In this document: positions 43,231 to 57,310 of the stretch, piece by piece
Numbering within the stretch: the stretch's first letter is position 1
Layout of the letters: every line of letters begins with the position of its first letter
From: Eledone cirrhosa
Taxonomy: Eukaryota
Direction: 5' to 3'
Length of the DNA: 64,000 nucleotides
NCBI GenBank assembly: GCA_964016885.1
Contig: OZ024744.1
Location: forward strand, 77,500,001 to 77,564,000
Notes under the pieces: model-generated
What the model was told of the DNA's origin: nothing
Databases searched by the model: none
What the model saw: only the letters and a program-made list of their open reading frames with translations
Position numbers and translations under genes: made by a program

Positions 43231-43800
43231 AAATTCGTGTGGTGGTGCGGGTCATAGGTAGGTCATGACGGGGAATGTTGTGATATAGATGTGATTATAC
43301 GGGTAGTAGGGTGTTGTGTAAGCTGTGTAACATTCTCACCTCCTCGCTCTCTCTCTATCTATATATATAGCTTTCTCTCTCTCTCTCTCTCTCTAGCTCC
43401 CTCTCTCTCTCTCTAACTCTTTCTCTTTCTCTCTCTCTCACTCTCTCTCTCTCTCTCTCTAGCTCTCTCTCTCTCTCTCTAGCTCTCTAGTTCTCTCTCT
43501 ATAGCTCTCTCTATCTCCCCCTCTCTCTCTCTCTCTTTATCTCTTTCTAATGCTGTCATTCTCCCTATTTAGTCACCGCCCCCTCTCTTTCCCTACCTCT
43601 ACCCATCAAGCGTTCCCATTCTTTTTATATACAAACATATACATACATATATACAGTAGATACGAATATAGATACGCATGTGTCTATCTATATATGTATG
43701 TATGTATGTATGTACATTATATATATATATATATATATATACATACATACACACACACACACATATATATACATATGTATATACATATATATATATACAT

Positions 43801-43859
<59 letters not shown>

Positions 43860-44535
43860 TGACGAAGGACTATTTTTATCATATGTAACCCATGTGCAAC
43901 CACGCAGTATTCTTCTTTCTTCTCATGTTATATATATATATATATATATTTTTTTTTATTTATTCTTCTTATTATTATTATTCTTATTTATATATAAACT
44001 CTTAATAAGGGTTAGTTTGTGCTTGGATTGATGGAAATGTGTATTGATATATATGTATATGTGTGTACATATGTATATATATATATATATGTATATTGGG
44101 CCTTTTAATATTATTATTATTATTATCAATTATATTATATTATATTATAATTCCCGCTCTATATTACCACCTTTGTTTAGCTTTAGTTTTTTGCATTGGA
44201 CTATATTTGTAATATGGTTCAAAATGTTATTCACTTCCTTAGCAATTTTTACTTGATATCTTCCTATGCTTTAATGTTTGTACACTCCATATTCTTCTGA
44301 GTTTTTTGGCTTGTATTGGCCGATAGTGCTTCTTATAGCTTTAATTGCCCTGATGAGTCCTTAATAGGACGAAACATTGTTGGCTAATAAAGACTTTTGA
44401 TGTATTGAAGGCTTCTTTGGTTTATTTTCATAATTCTTCGGCTCTGTTTAATTACATTGAGCTATACTTTTACTGTCATTTCTATAATACGAAGAGGGTG
44501 TTTAACTCCAACACACTCTAGTATTTTAATTCTTA
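43860..44535 (+). mobile_element. 5'-truncated copy (3' UTR + pLTR) of the same Penelope family
   Basis: Matches the reverse complement of ~58740-59210 (e.g. aaactcttaataagg..tttgtgc, ctatatttgtaatatggttc) and the 63331-63545 pLTR end. Confidence 0.85.
44344..44388 (+). ncRNA. Minimal hammerhead ribozyme (GUU triplet variant)
   Basis: attgcc-CTGATGA-gtccttaataggac-GAAA-cattg-TT-ggctaat. Confidence 0.8.
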
Positions 44536-44778
44536 TATATATATATATACATATATATATATAAACGGAAAAAATTAAACGAAATTTCATTTCCCACTCT
44601 TAGTACGGCTGTTACTTAAATATAAGTATGTACACGTACATACATATATGTATACAGACGTACAGTAGTATGTATATATATATATATAGATACACACATA
44701 TATATATGTACGTATGGATTCACCGAACATTTATTATAATGCTTGGTGTGTTTGTAAACAAACATCCCGTATTAAGCC

Positions 44779-45108
44779 GTAGTGTCTAGCAACCATCGTT
44801 GCTCGTTTGTTCTACACTGACAAAGGAGCGCTGTACTAGTTTCAAGCTTATTAGCTACCGTCAGCAACGTATATCTTCCTGCCAGATTGTTGAACGTATA
44901 TAATTACCTTATGCATATTAACGGCTGAGTAGCCCAATTTGCATATCGAGTGGGTTAATCGGCCGTTAATATGCATAAGGTAAGTATATACGTTCAACAA
45001 TCTGGCAGGAAGGTATACGTTGCTGACGTTAGCTAATAAGCTTGAAACTAGTACAGCGTTCCTTTGTCAGTGTTGAACAAACGAGCAACGATAGTTGCTA
45101 GACACTAC
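44779..45108. mobile_element. Palindromic insertion, family C, with hammerhead-like motifs at 45017-45059 (+) and 44828-44870 (-)
   Basis: ~147-bp imperfect arms. Motif: acgttg-CTGACG(T/G)-tagct aata agctt-GAAA-ctag-TA-cagcgt, with A9 substituted in both arms. Confidence 0.75.
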
Positions 45109-45392
45109 AGAAGGAGTATGAAAAGAAAGGGTTCAACAATATTTCTATGAACAATGCACGTAGACAGCTAAACTGAACTTTCTTAATTTTCTCCAAATAA
45201 AACAAGTTTCCTCTCGGTGTATTTTCGTGAGTTTTTAACAGGCACTCACAAATAAACGTTTCTCATTGGAGGTACTTACTATTACCAATGTTCTTACCCG
45301 TGCAACGCCGGGATACACTGCTAGTATATATATATATTAGTTATATATATATATATATATATTAGTTATATATATATATATATACATATTAG

Positions 45393-45455
<63 letters not shown>

Positions 45456-45732
45456 TAGATAAATAGATATAGATATGAACACACATACACGCATATGTGG
45501 GTGTTAATCGTTTAGATCTAGGTAACTTGGCAGTTCATAAGGGAAGCAGAACTCAATATTTGTATTAGAGTAAACATATATAAATGTAATTATTCATTTA
45601 CTTACAACGTTTGATAGTTGCGATTTGATAGTTCGCAGAGCTTAGCGATTTCTCAACTCGCTTTGCTGAAACATCGTAGCTATGTTGAAAATCTATAGAT
45701 AAACTTTGTGATTGACTCGAATATTCTTGAAT

Positions 45733-45802
<70 letters not shown>

Positions 45803-45869
45803 TCCCAGATTCAATCGGGGGTAACCACAGTTAGTAAGTTACTCACTACATTAGTAGAGTGTAAACATC

Positions 45870-46005
45870 AAGTTTAATATAGAACTGGCTTCTACAGGAC
45901 TAGAACTGTTTCATTCAGAAGAAATCATTAGGAAAAAGCTTTCCTGATGATTTCTTCTGAATGAAACAGTTCTAGTCCTGTAGAAGCCATTTCTATATTA
46001 AACTT
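45870..46005. repeat. Short palindrome with a CTGATGA..GAAAC motif
   Basis: Arms meet at aggaaaaagctttcct. ctgatga-tttcttctgaat-gaaac is present, but stem I is not evident. Confidence 0.55.
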
Positions 46006-46021
46006 TATATATATATATATA

Positions 46022-47525
46022 TAAGCAAAGAGAATTTGTTGGTAATTCCACAAATACGGCTCCTTCAAGAATATGTCATTTGTGTATCGAAGAAATTTTT
46101 TATATACTTAACTCCCAAAATTCTATAAATTTAAAAAATGAGATATTCAGTTCTTGCAGGCATCGCCAAAAATCGACTTTCCGAAGTATTTTTAATCTAT
46201 AATATTCATTTCACTTGACCACATCTTATATATCTTTACAATGCTTCTGGCGATGTTTAGTGGGGTTTTTTAAATGATTTTTTTACCTTTTTCTTCTTAA
46301 TTTAATATTTTTACCAATGATATTGTTTTTCTCTAGATTGATATATTTTTTAATTGATATTTTGAATGATATCCTCTTTTTAGGATAGTTTTCTAAATAC
46401 ACTCATGACATCTCTAATAATATGTTTTCTTCCTTTAAACTTTTCACACATGTATCCACGTAGATAGTATCTAAATATATATATAATTGAAATTCTCATC
46501 TTGAAAACACGTAATATAAAATACCTTATAATCTTACACTACATATATTCCATATTTTCTAAGTAAATTCTAAATATACGACAAATCTAACGTTAATAGT
46601 TTAACAACTAATATTGGAGTTATCTTTTCCTTTATAATGAAGCAAGCATAGACATCCTTCGTAACAATAATATATATATACTAAATTCTATGTAATTTCG
46701 TTAACTTAATAATTTTCTCTAAATATTTTCAATCTTTGATGAAACTATTTGAATATACAAAATGTTTTTCCTCTAGACTAAAATTTTGAACTACGACTCT
46801 TTCATAACTATATATTTAAAATATAAACTCAACATCCTTCGTAATATATATTGAAAATGTAAACAAATTAATATGTGTGTTATATATCTATTAAAAATTA
46901 ACAGAATATATAATCACCAATAATATTTATATTTATATATTTATTTATCTATATAGATATTTATATATTTATAACCTGTTGTAATATAATAAGATAAAAT
47001 GTACTTACAACCATAATTCCTCATATAATCTAATTATAATGATTATATATATAATATTATAACTCATGCTTTAATTATATTTTAAATTTCTTGATTGATA
47101 TTCTACTTCAACAAAATTTTAATTTTTAACGTTTTAATTTGTAAATTCACGTACACTTTAATATTAATATAAGCTTCTTTTTCTTCTTTATATATCCTAA
47201 TAATTATTTTAATCTATTTAGCATCTAAAAATAACGATTTTTTCAGCCCTACGCTTCAACTTCATTTGCATATTCATCAAAATAATTTGAAATATTTGTT
47301 CTTTTTCCTTTCTTCCTCTTTTTTCTTTTCTTTTTTCCTCTATCCTATCACTATCCAAACGGAACCTGAACTGTTAAGGTCTGATTTCTGGGTGTGTCAC
47401 TATTTATAAAACAAATTTTGTATTTTATCTGATGAGAGCATACCAAAGTTTTGGTACCCTTGAAATATATATAATAGAATAAATATGGTTTTATAAATAT
47501 AGTTTCCATTTATTAATATCATTGA
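46022..47525 (+). mobile_element. 3' end of a Penelope: EN C-terminus, ~1.2 kb AT-rich UTR, family A pLTR
   Basis: ~46040-46180 translates as ..ICHLCIEEIFYILNSQNSINLKNEIFSSCRHRQK. The hammerhead at 47421-47481 is on the same strand. Confidence 0.8.
47421..47481 (+). ncRNA. Minimal hammerhead ribozyme, family A
   Basis: tattttat-CTGATGA-gagcataccaaagttttggtaccctt-GAAA-tatata-TA-atagaata. Confidence 0.8.
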
Positions 47526-47568
47526 TATATATATAAGCACACACATACACACATATATATAGAAGTAA

Positions 47569-47606
<38 letters not shown>

Positions 47607-48181
47607 ATGCGCTTGCGTCGGTATGTATGCGTGTGTTAATAACTTTCTTTCCTCCCTTCCCCTCTCTTACTAAAACCAGCTGAGGGAGCCTTTACACAGT
47701 TGCTTAACTTGCAAGAAATGACAACCAATTTTCCCTCAAACCACACCTTTCTGTCTTTAAGAAAGAAAAGAAAGAAAGGTCACATTAATTAAATATAACC
47801 TTACATGCACTATGTCATGTCTGATTAAAAAAAAAAAACTAGGGTGAAGTGGGATGGTCATGGGTGGAAATCACTTGAACATAGATTTGCTTGATCAGTG
47901 TTGAACTTGGTTAAACAATACTGATACTACCATTACTACCACCACCACCACCACCACCCTACCCTCACTAATACTACCACTACTATCACCACTACTACTA
48001 CTACTACTCCCACCACTACTCAACACACCACCACCCACAGCTTACTTTATCAACAACTATATGTTCACTCTATAAATATCCCCTCTAATAAAACTCATCT
48101 ACTCCCCTCCCACTTCCCACTATTATTGTTACCTTACAGGAATACAGATATGCGTGCGTGCGTGCATGCACACGAGCAAAG

Positions 48182-48241
<60 letters not shown>

Positions 48242-48283
48242 TATATATATATGTAAATATGAATATATATATATATATACATA

Positions 48284-48389
<106 letters not shown>

Positions 48390-48633
48390 TAACTAAGGAA
48401 ATGTGGTAAGGAACCAGGTGGACCATAACGCACCAAAGTACTCAATACTTGAGGTAGTAGAGTGGATAATAGGAACCAGTAAGACCCCGACAGCTGAGCT
48501 CAAGCCGTTTCGACGGCTAATTCTGGACTATACATATATATACATATATATATGTATATATATGTATATATATATATGTATATATATGTATATATATGTA
48601 TATATATGTATATATATATGTGTATATATATAT

Positions 48634-48666
<33 letters not shown>

Positions 48667-49065
48667 ATATATATTTAAATATGTGTGTATATGATGCCTT
48701 CACGCGTGTGTATGTATATATATATTTGTCCCTCTTTTACTATTCATAAGAAATAAATAAAAATTAAAAAAATACACCACCCACAAAATCATATATATTT
48801 TATTTGCCATCTGACCGGATAGGTAATAAGCAACAATTGCTTCTATGTATGAAGTTGCTGCTTCATACATTTATTAAAATGACTTTGTTTATATTTCCGT
48901 ATTCATATCGAAAAAAAATCTGGCCATTTCATAAAAAAAAATGAACGAAAAAATATGCAAACGCTTACATGAAGGAAAAAAGACGCACGAACTCTAGACA
49001 CATACATATACATTAAACACACACACATACGCGCACACACACACACACAAACACACAAACACACA

Positions 49066-49125
<60 letters not shown>

Positions 49126-49196
49126 CAAACGCATACAAAAACACAGACAGACACGCACATACAAAAATACGCACACACAAATAAACTCACCAACAC

Positions 49197-49228
<32 letters not shown>

Positions 49229-49428
49229 GCAAAAACAAGCACATACACAAACACATTTAAACGTGTATTATATGATAATAATTGGGATCGGAGATGATGA
49301 AAGAGAATGAAAACGAGAGACGAAAGATAGTAAAGAAACAACGTTCAAAGATATGTGAGCGTTTATGTATACACACAGAGACATAGACACAACAAACACA
49401 CAGACACACAGACACACACACATACACA

Positions 49429-49484
<56 letters not shown>

Positions 49485-49496
49485 GATATATATATG

Positions 49497-49557
<61 letters not shown>

Positions 49558-49744
49558 GTTAAAAAAGACACCAAATACATTAATACATTAAATTCTGATT
49601 AACGAACGTTTCATCCCTTCCTGAGTCTTTTAAAAAATCAGAAACTTATGCTTATTATGGTGTATTACTCTATTTTGAACTGTGTGTAACATCTTCACCT
49701 AAGGATATAACCACTTATATTGTTTTTTGTAAAACGATATAAAT

Positions 49745-49845
<101 letters not shown>

Positions 49846-49861
49846 GTATATATATATACAT

Positions 49862-49895
<34 letters not shown>

Positions 49896-50134
49896 ACAGA
49901 CACACACACGTACAGACGTACAACAACAAATTTGACGAATTTGAAATGTGTGCGTCTCAACGCACGGGTAAAGTACGCCTGGCGACGGAAAAAGTGGACA
50001 CACTACATAAGTCATATGCATTGAGACGCGCATGCTCCATATATATGTATGCGTACATATATGTATATATATAGAGAGAGATATAGATATAGATATAGAT
50101 GTGTGTGTGCGTGTATATATATATATGTGTATCT

Positions 50135-50417
50135 AAAGTCTAAAGTCTGTCTTAAGCCAGAAGGCTCATTTGGCCGGTGCTTATCCCGGTTTCATGGCGT
50201 GAAGCGACTGAGAGTAAATGACTCCCTCCTGGACAGGACGCCAGTCCAGCGCAGGGTTAAACCCCAGCTATTGCTGGTACACATGTTCAGCTGAGTATAC
50301 TGGAACGACGTGAAATGAAGTGTTTTGCTCAAGAACACAACACGCAACCCAGGAATCGAACCCACGACATTATGATCGTAAGTCCGACACCCTTACCACT
50401 AGGTCACCTGCCTCCAC

Positions 50418-50418
<1 letters not shown>
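50135..50418 (-). mobile_element. Full-length tRNA-derived SINE with V-like central domain and (AGACTTT) tail
   Basis: A/B boxes (tgacctagtgg, ggttcgattcc) and ccctgcgctggactggcgtcctgtccagg. An inverted copy of the head lies at 50528-50640. Confidence 0.8.
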
Positions 50419-50503
<85 letters not shown>

Positions 50504-51159
50504 CACACATATATGTATACACACACACAGGTGACCTAGTGGTAAGGGTGTTGGACTTACGATCACAATATCGTGGGTTCGATTCCTGGGTTGCGTGTTG
50601 TGTTCTTGAGCAAAACACTTCATTTCACGTCGCTCCAGTGTGTGTGTGTATGTGTGTGTATACATATATATGAAAGAGTCGGGAGACCGACGGCTGAGCT
50701 CATACCGTTTCAACAGCTAGTTGAACTCAACCGTCGGGCTCCTGACTCTTTCATAAAACTACATTCTACAACCCCAGGTATCGAATACTCTGGTGAGTAT
50801 TAGTCTAACAGCTTTTTACTGCATCCATTTTGTTTTATATATACATACACACACATACACCTACACTCACACCACACGCATCCATACACATTATACATGT
50901 ATTTATGTATGTACATTGTATACATATGTGTGTATACTACATGTAGTATATAACTATATGTGTGTTTGCGGATATGATATACACATACTGGTTTTCGATT
51001 TAAGCACAAGGACAGCAGTTCGTGGAGCGGAAACAGTCGATTAAGCTGGCCCTTATAGGGTGAAATTTGACTTGAGCGAGATTTGAACTCAGAACGTTCA
51101 GAGCCGGAATAAATACTGCTAAACATTTCTCCGACACTCTAACAACCTTTCCAATCCAT

Positions 51160-51502
51160 CACCCTGATATAAAGGATAAAGAATCCCTTCGGTCACTAAT
51201 GTCCATGGGATTTACACCTAGATAGTTCTCCTCCGAGGCACAAGTCTGGGCAAGATTATTTGTGCAAGACCTGCAGTCACCCATACATACCAGTCTCCCC
51301 TCTCCACGCCATGGGAAAGGCAATGGCCGATACAACTTGGCACCAGTGACGTCGCAACTCATTCATACAGCTGAGTAAATTGGAGCAACTTGAAATAAAG
51401 TGTCTTGCTCAAGAACACAACGCAAAGCCTGGTCCGAGAATCGAACTCACAACCTCGCGATTGTAAACCTGATGCTCTTACAACTAAGCCATACGCCTTC
51501 AC
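51160..51502 (-). mobile_element. tRNA-derived SINE with RTE-like tail
   Basis: A/B boxes, the same head family as 6520, and a tail cccatggacattagtgaccgaaggg. Confidence 0.75.
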
Positions 51503-51509
51503 TCAGCCT

Positions 51510-52000
51510 GATAGCTAAGGTGTCCTTTGGTCAAGGCTGACTATGGGTAGTATCCTGCTGTCAGCTCAGCTGGAGCAGCGTCTCTGGTCACTAAACAGGC
51601 CTATATGTGAGTGACAGTCTCTGTCACATAGAACACATCTGTATATGGTCTCTGGTCTGTTGGATTTATTGCACTCCTTTCGCCGGGCTCTCCTGTCTGC
51701 TGCTGCAGTCATCAAACTCTCCTCCCCTGATTTGAGGTGTTGACTCAGGGTGTTTCTCCCTCTTGGCCGGTCAGCTGCGAATCGCCCTCCCAGGACTCTG
51801 TGTTGACCTCGGCCTTCATATCTCTCTTTACAATGTCCTTGTATCGCAGCAGAGGTCGGCCGGTGGCTCTCTTTCCAGAGGCCAGCTCCCCATATAAGAT
51901 GTCTTTGGGGATGCGGCCATCATTCATGCGATGGACGTGTCCTAGCCAGCGTAGTCTGCACTGTCGAAGCAGGGTAAACATGCTGGGAATGGCAGCACGG
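51510..52000 (-). mobile_element. RTE LINE 3' fragment (second family)
   Basis: LRWLGHVHRMNDGRIPKDILYGELASGKRATGRPLLRYKD. Confidence 0.85.
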
Positions 52001-52202
52001 ATAATGATATACACATAATATAAAAGCATTTCATTCGGTCATGAGCACCGGCTAATACATTTAGAGACTTTTATCACGAATTGGGGGAGCCGTACGGTCC
52101 CTAGCGTACGAAACTGTAAATCCATTTCAACAGCTGATGACCACGGAGTTCTTGTATCGGTTGCCAATATTGCTATATGTATATGGAAAAATATATATAT
52201 GT

Positions 52203-52725
52203 ACCATCATCACCACCATTATCATTATCCTCATCATCACCACCACCGCCGCCACCAACATCAACAACACACCATCATCGTCATCATCATCATCATCACC
52301 ATCATTACCACCGCCACCACCACCACTTCCCACACCACTACAACCACCTCCACCAAAACCACCACCTCCACCACAACCACCACAACCACCACCTCCATCA
52401 CAACCACCACCTCCACCACAACCACCACAACCACCACCTCCACCACAACCACCACCTCCATCACCAACACCACCATCATCATCATTAACACCACCACCAC
52501 CAACAACAACACCATCATTGTTATCATCATCATCATCATCATCATCATCATTATCATCACCATCATCATCATCACCGCAACCACCACCTCCATCACCAAC
52601 ACCACCACCATCACCATCACTACCACCAACACCACCGTCACCACCACAACCACTATCACCACCACCTCCAATAAAAACAACAACACCATCATCATCATCA
52701 TCATCACCAGCACCAATACCACCAT

Positions 52726-52756
<31 letters not shown>

Positions 52757-53423
52757 TTTATCATCTTCATCATCATCATCACCACCACCAATACCACCAA
52801 CACTACCAGCACCACCAATACCACCATCACCACTACCACCACCACCAGACCACGATCACCACCACGATCACCTCCACCACCACCACCACCACCACCACCA
52901 CCAATACCTCCAACACCACCACCACCACCAATACCACCAACACCACCACCAATACCTCCAACACCACCACCACCACCAATACCACCAACACCACCACCAA
53001 TACCTCCAACACCACCACCACCACCAATACCACCAACACCACCACCACTACCACCAACACCACCAACACCACCACCACCACCAATACCGCCAATACCACC
53101 ACCACCACCACCACCACCACCAATAGCTCCAACACCACCACCACCACCACCAATACCACCAACACCACCACCAATACCTCCAACACCACCACCACCACCA
53201 ATACCACCAACACCACCACCAATACCACCAACACCACCACCACCAATACCACCACCACCACCACCACCACCAATACCACCAACACCACCACCACCACCAC
53301 CACAATCACCATCATCATCACCACCACCTCCACCACCACCCCTACCACCACCACCACCACCACTATCACCACCACCACCACCACAACCACCACCACCTCC
53401 ACCACCACCACCACCACCACTAC

Positions 53424-53455
<32 letters not shown>

Positions 53456-53521
53456 CCTTCATCATCATCGTCATCACCGCCACCAATACCATCACCACCA
53501 CCACCACCACCACCACCACCA
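52203..53521. repeat. (CAC/CAT)n array
   Basis: Read directly from the sequence. Confidence 0.95.
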
Positions 53522-55205
53522 ATTACTTTATTTTATCGATCCACGTAAGGATGAAAGGCAAAGTTAACCTCAGCGGGATTTGAACTCACACCGCAAAGAG
53601 CCATAACTCTATGCTGTAAAGCATGGCGTCCGACCCTCGACCAATACTGCCAATCCACCTCCCTAACGAATAATACAATGATGTTTCTTCATTTCGTTAT
53701 TGTTATCTCTTTGTGTTTGTTTATTGTGTATGTTCAGACGTCACATCAATCCACTGCCTTATTTGCAAATTTCCTGACAAACATGGCACTGGTATCATTT
53801 GACAGTATCGGTAGAGGGTCGAACGCTAAGCTTTGCAGCATAGAGTTACGGTCCTTTACGGTTTAAGTTCAAATCCCAGTTAGCTTTGCCTTTCATCCTT
53901 ATGGGCTCGGTAAAATAAAGTACCAGTAATGCACTGGTGTAATTGCTGGTCTTGTGCCAAAAAAATAGAAATAATTATTATCCGTGTCTTTGTATTGTCC
54001 CCTATATGTCGGCCCTCTGGCCAATAAATTAAATCATTATTATTGTGGCAGTATCAGTAGAGAGTCGGACGCCATGCTTTCCAGCATAGTTACGTCCCTT
54101 TACGGTCTGAGTTCAAATCCCGCCGAGGTTAACTTTGCCTTTCATCCTTACGGGGTCGATACAATAAAGTACCAGTAATGTACTGAGGTAATTGCTGACC
54201 TTGTGCCTAAAGTAGAAACAATTATTATTGTGGATTGGCAGTATCGGTAGAGTCGGACGCCATGTTTTGAAGCATAGAGTTACGGCCCTTTATGATCTGA
54301 GTTCAAATCCCGCCGAGGTTAACTTTGCCTTTCATCCTTATGGGGTCGATAAAATAAAGTACCAGTAATACACTGGGTTATTGTTGGCCTTGTGCCAAAA
54401 ATAGAAACAATTATTATTACTATAGGTCGGTGGATTGGCAGTATCGGTAGAGGGTCGGACACCATGCATTGCATCATAGAGTTACGGCCCTTTACTGTCT
54501 GAGTGGAAATCCCGCCGAAGTTAACTTTGCCTTTCATCCTTACGGGGTCGATAAAATAAAGTACCGGTCACGCACTGGGGTCGATTTAATCGCCTTCCCC
54601 CTCCCCCAAATTACTGGCTTTTTGTGTCTATATAAGAAACCATTATGATAGGGCGGTGAATTGGCAGTATCGGTAGAGGTTCGGACATCATGCTTTGCAG
54701 CTTAGAGTTACGGCCCTTTACGGTCTGGGTTCAAATCCCGCCGTGGTTAACTTTGCATTTCATCCTTACGGGGTCGATAAAATAAAGTACCAGTAATACA
54801 CTGGGTAAATTGCTGGCAAAAGTAGAAACAATTATTACTATTGGCCTCGTGGCCTTCCACACTTTCCTTTTCAGTTCTGCATGTTTTACCCTCTTCATTT
54901 CAGATACTTTAACACTGTTCAAAATGGCCTCTCTAAGTCATTTTAACCCTCTAACTAAAAAATAAAAATTTTTTTTTTAAAATGTAGTAAAACAACTTGC
55001 TCAAACAACATTATTAATTTACAATATGGCAGTATCGGTAGAGAGTCGGACGCCATGCTTTCTAGCATAGTTACCTCCCTTTACAGTCTGAGTTCAAATC
55101 CCGCCGAGGTTAACTTTGCCTTTCATCCTTACGGGGTCGATAAAATAAAGTACCAGTAATGCACTGGGTTATTGCTGGCCTTGTGCCTAAAGTAGAAATA
55201 ATTAT
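53520..55205 (+). mobile_element. Cluster of the dominant ~190-220 bp SINE family (six + copies, one - copy)
   Basis: Unit: ggattggcagtatcggtagag..gagttcaaatccc..gcctttcatccttacggggtcgataaaataaagtaccag..ggccttgtgcc. Other copies lie near 1710, 12290, 24480-24870, 26915, 29730-30475, 37075, 40340, 41945 and 50990. Confidence 0.88.
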
Positions 55206-55513
55206 TAATTTACAATAGATAAACTTATATATTATAATCTGAAGATGAAATGATAAATAATGTTTATATTATACTAAAATTATTAAGGATTAAAGATGTG
55301 ATGTCCGTACACTGGTAAATCATTATAGCAATAAGAATAGCAAGATATATGATAAATAACACATCCGATTTACTTACATGAATATTAACTACTTTTACTA
55401 ATTATATCCGCGATGAGAAGATTTCATCTCGTCTTACTGGTAGGGGATTTACTACATTGAACTCGACATTTTATTGACATAACTCTTCATTTATCCGAAT
55501 ATTTATTCTTGTG

Positions 55514-55596
<83 letters not shown>

Positions 55597-55644
55597 GGCA
55601 TACATGTATGCACACACACATACACAAATACATATATATATATA

Positions 55645-55975
55645 TGCAGAGGTTATATTTAATTTGTTGGGATTCAACAAGCTTAAACATTTTTATAACT
55701 GATATAAAGCACTCAACATTATTAGTGGAGTAAATACACAATATATTAATAAATGGAAACTATATTTATAAAACCATATTTATTTTATTATATATATTTC
55801 AAGGGCGACCAAGGCAAATTATGGTGCGCTTCCGGGTATGTCAATATTTATTTATAAAACAAATCTGTATTTTATGTGATGAAAGCGCACCATAATTTGC
55901 CTTGGTTGCCCTTGAAATATATATAATAAAATACATATGGTTTTATAAATATAGTTTCCATTTATTAATATATTA
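55645..55975. mobile_element. Palindromic pLTR insertion, family A (left arm truncated in stem II; right hammerhead 55868-55933 has C3>G)
   Basis: Close sequence match to the 27.7-28.1 kb copy; the core reads GTGATGA. Confidence 0.8.
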
Positions 55976-55977
55976 TA

Positions 55978-55989
<12 letters not shown>

Positions 55990-56008
<19 letters not shown>

Positions 56009-57310
56009 AGTAGAAGGGATATTTAATTTGTTGGAAATTCAACAAATATAAATGTTTATAACTGATTTAGAGCACTCGACAGGTTTTAGAGTAAAAATAT
56101 TCAATGATATTAAATAAATGGAAACTATATTTATAAAACCATATTTATTCTATTATATATATTTCAAGGGTACCAAAATCTTTGGTACGCTTTCATCAGA
56201 TAAAATACAAAGTGTGTTTTATAAATTTTGACATAGCCAAGGAACATACCTTAACGGAACATACCTCCAAGGAAAACTTCAACCGTTAAGGTATGTTCGT
56301 TGGCATATTTTTGATGATAAGGCTGAATATTATAATGAAGCTTTAAATAGAGCAGGGTATTCGAATAAAATTAAATATATTAACAACAATAACATGGCAA
56401 ATCACCCTAGTATTAATTATAATAATAATAAACAATTTAACTTTAACTCTAAACGAAACAAAAGAACTAGAACTAGAAATATTATTTGGTACTCACCCCC
56501 ATTCTCATTAAGCGTTAAAACACCTTTAGCAAAACTATTCTTTAAAGCACTAGACAAATCCACAGATACCACTCTATTTTTAACAGACACACTATAAAAC
56601 TATCCTACTCTGAACATATGCACAACATATAAATAGAATTAATAATAGAAACTTAAATTTAAACCCTAACCAAAATAACCATAATAGCAATAATAATATT
56701 TCTGCAATATCCAACACAATAGTACCATTCCGAGCAACAACAACTCTGTAAAAGGTAACTGTAGAATCAAATCAAACTGCCCTTTACAAAATAAGTGTTT
56801 AGATAAAAATGTAGTCTATAAATGCACAGTTAAAACTAGTGATAATATATTTAACTATGTCGGTGCCACTTCTACAAATTTTAAAGATCGCTGGAATAAC
56901 CATAATCATTCTTTCAGAAGATCTGATAAAAAAATCTTCTACTTCTCTTTCACATCTTATATGGAACTTAAAAAGCAGGAATATAGACTATTCAATATCT
57001 TGGAAAACTATTTCGTAAGCACCTGTGTACCGAAATATGGCTTTATCAAAATTCTGTAAATTGTGTATTGATGAAACTCTATTAATCTCAGAACAGAATT
57101 ATTTAATTCTTGCAGACATCGCCAACATTCTACATTCAGAACTATGTGTAATTTATAATATTCCTATAAATCTTCAAAATGATCCTATTCTCATTAACAA
57201 TTTAAATTTTCAATGTTTTAATATATTAATATCTCTAAATGGTAACATCTCTAATATTTGTAGTATATTCACCTTTCAGCAAAAATTTCTTTTAACATAT
57301 ATATATATAT
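55990..57310 (+). mobile_element. Decayed 5'-truncated Penelope (thumb/linker + GIY-YIG) preceded by an inverted family A pLTR
   Basis: Broken frames encode RNIIWYSPPFS, CRIKSNCPLQNKCLDKNVVYKC..YVGATSTNFKDRWNNH and CKLCIDE. An intact hammerhead lies on the minus strand at 56146-56207. Confidence 0.85.
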
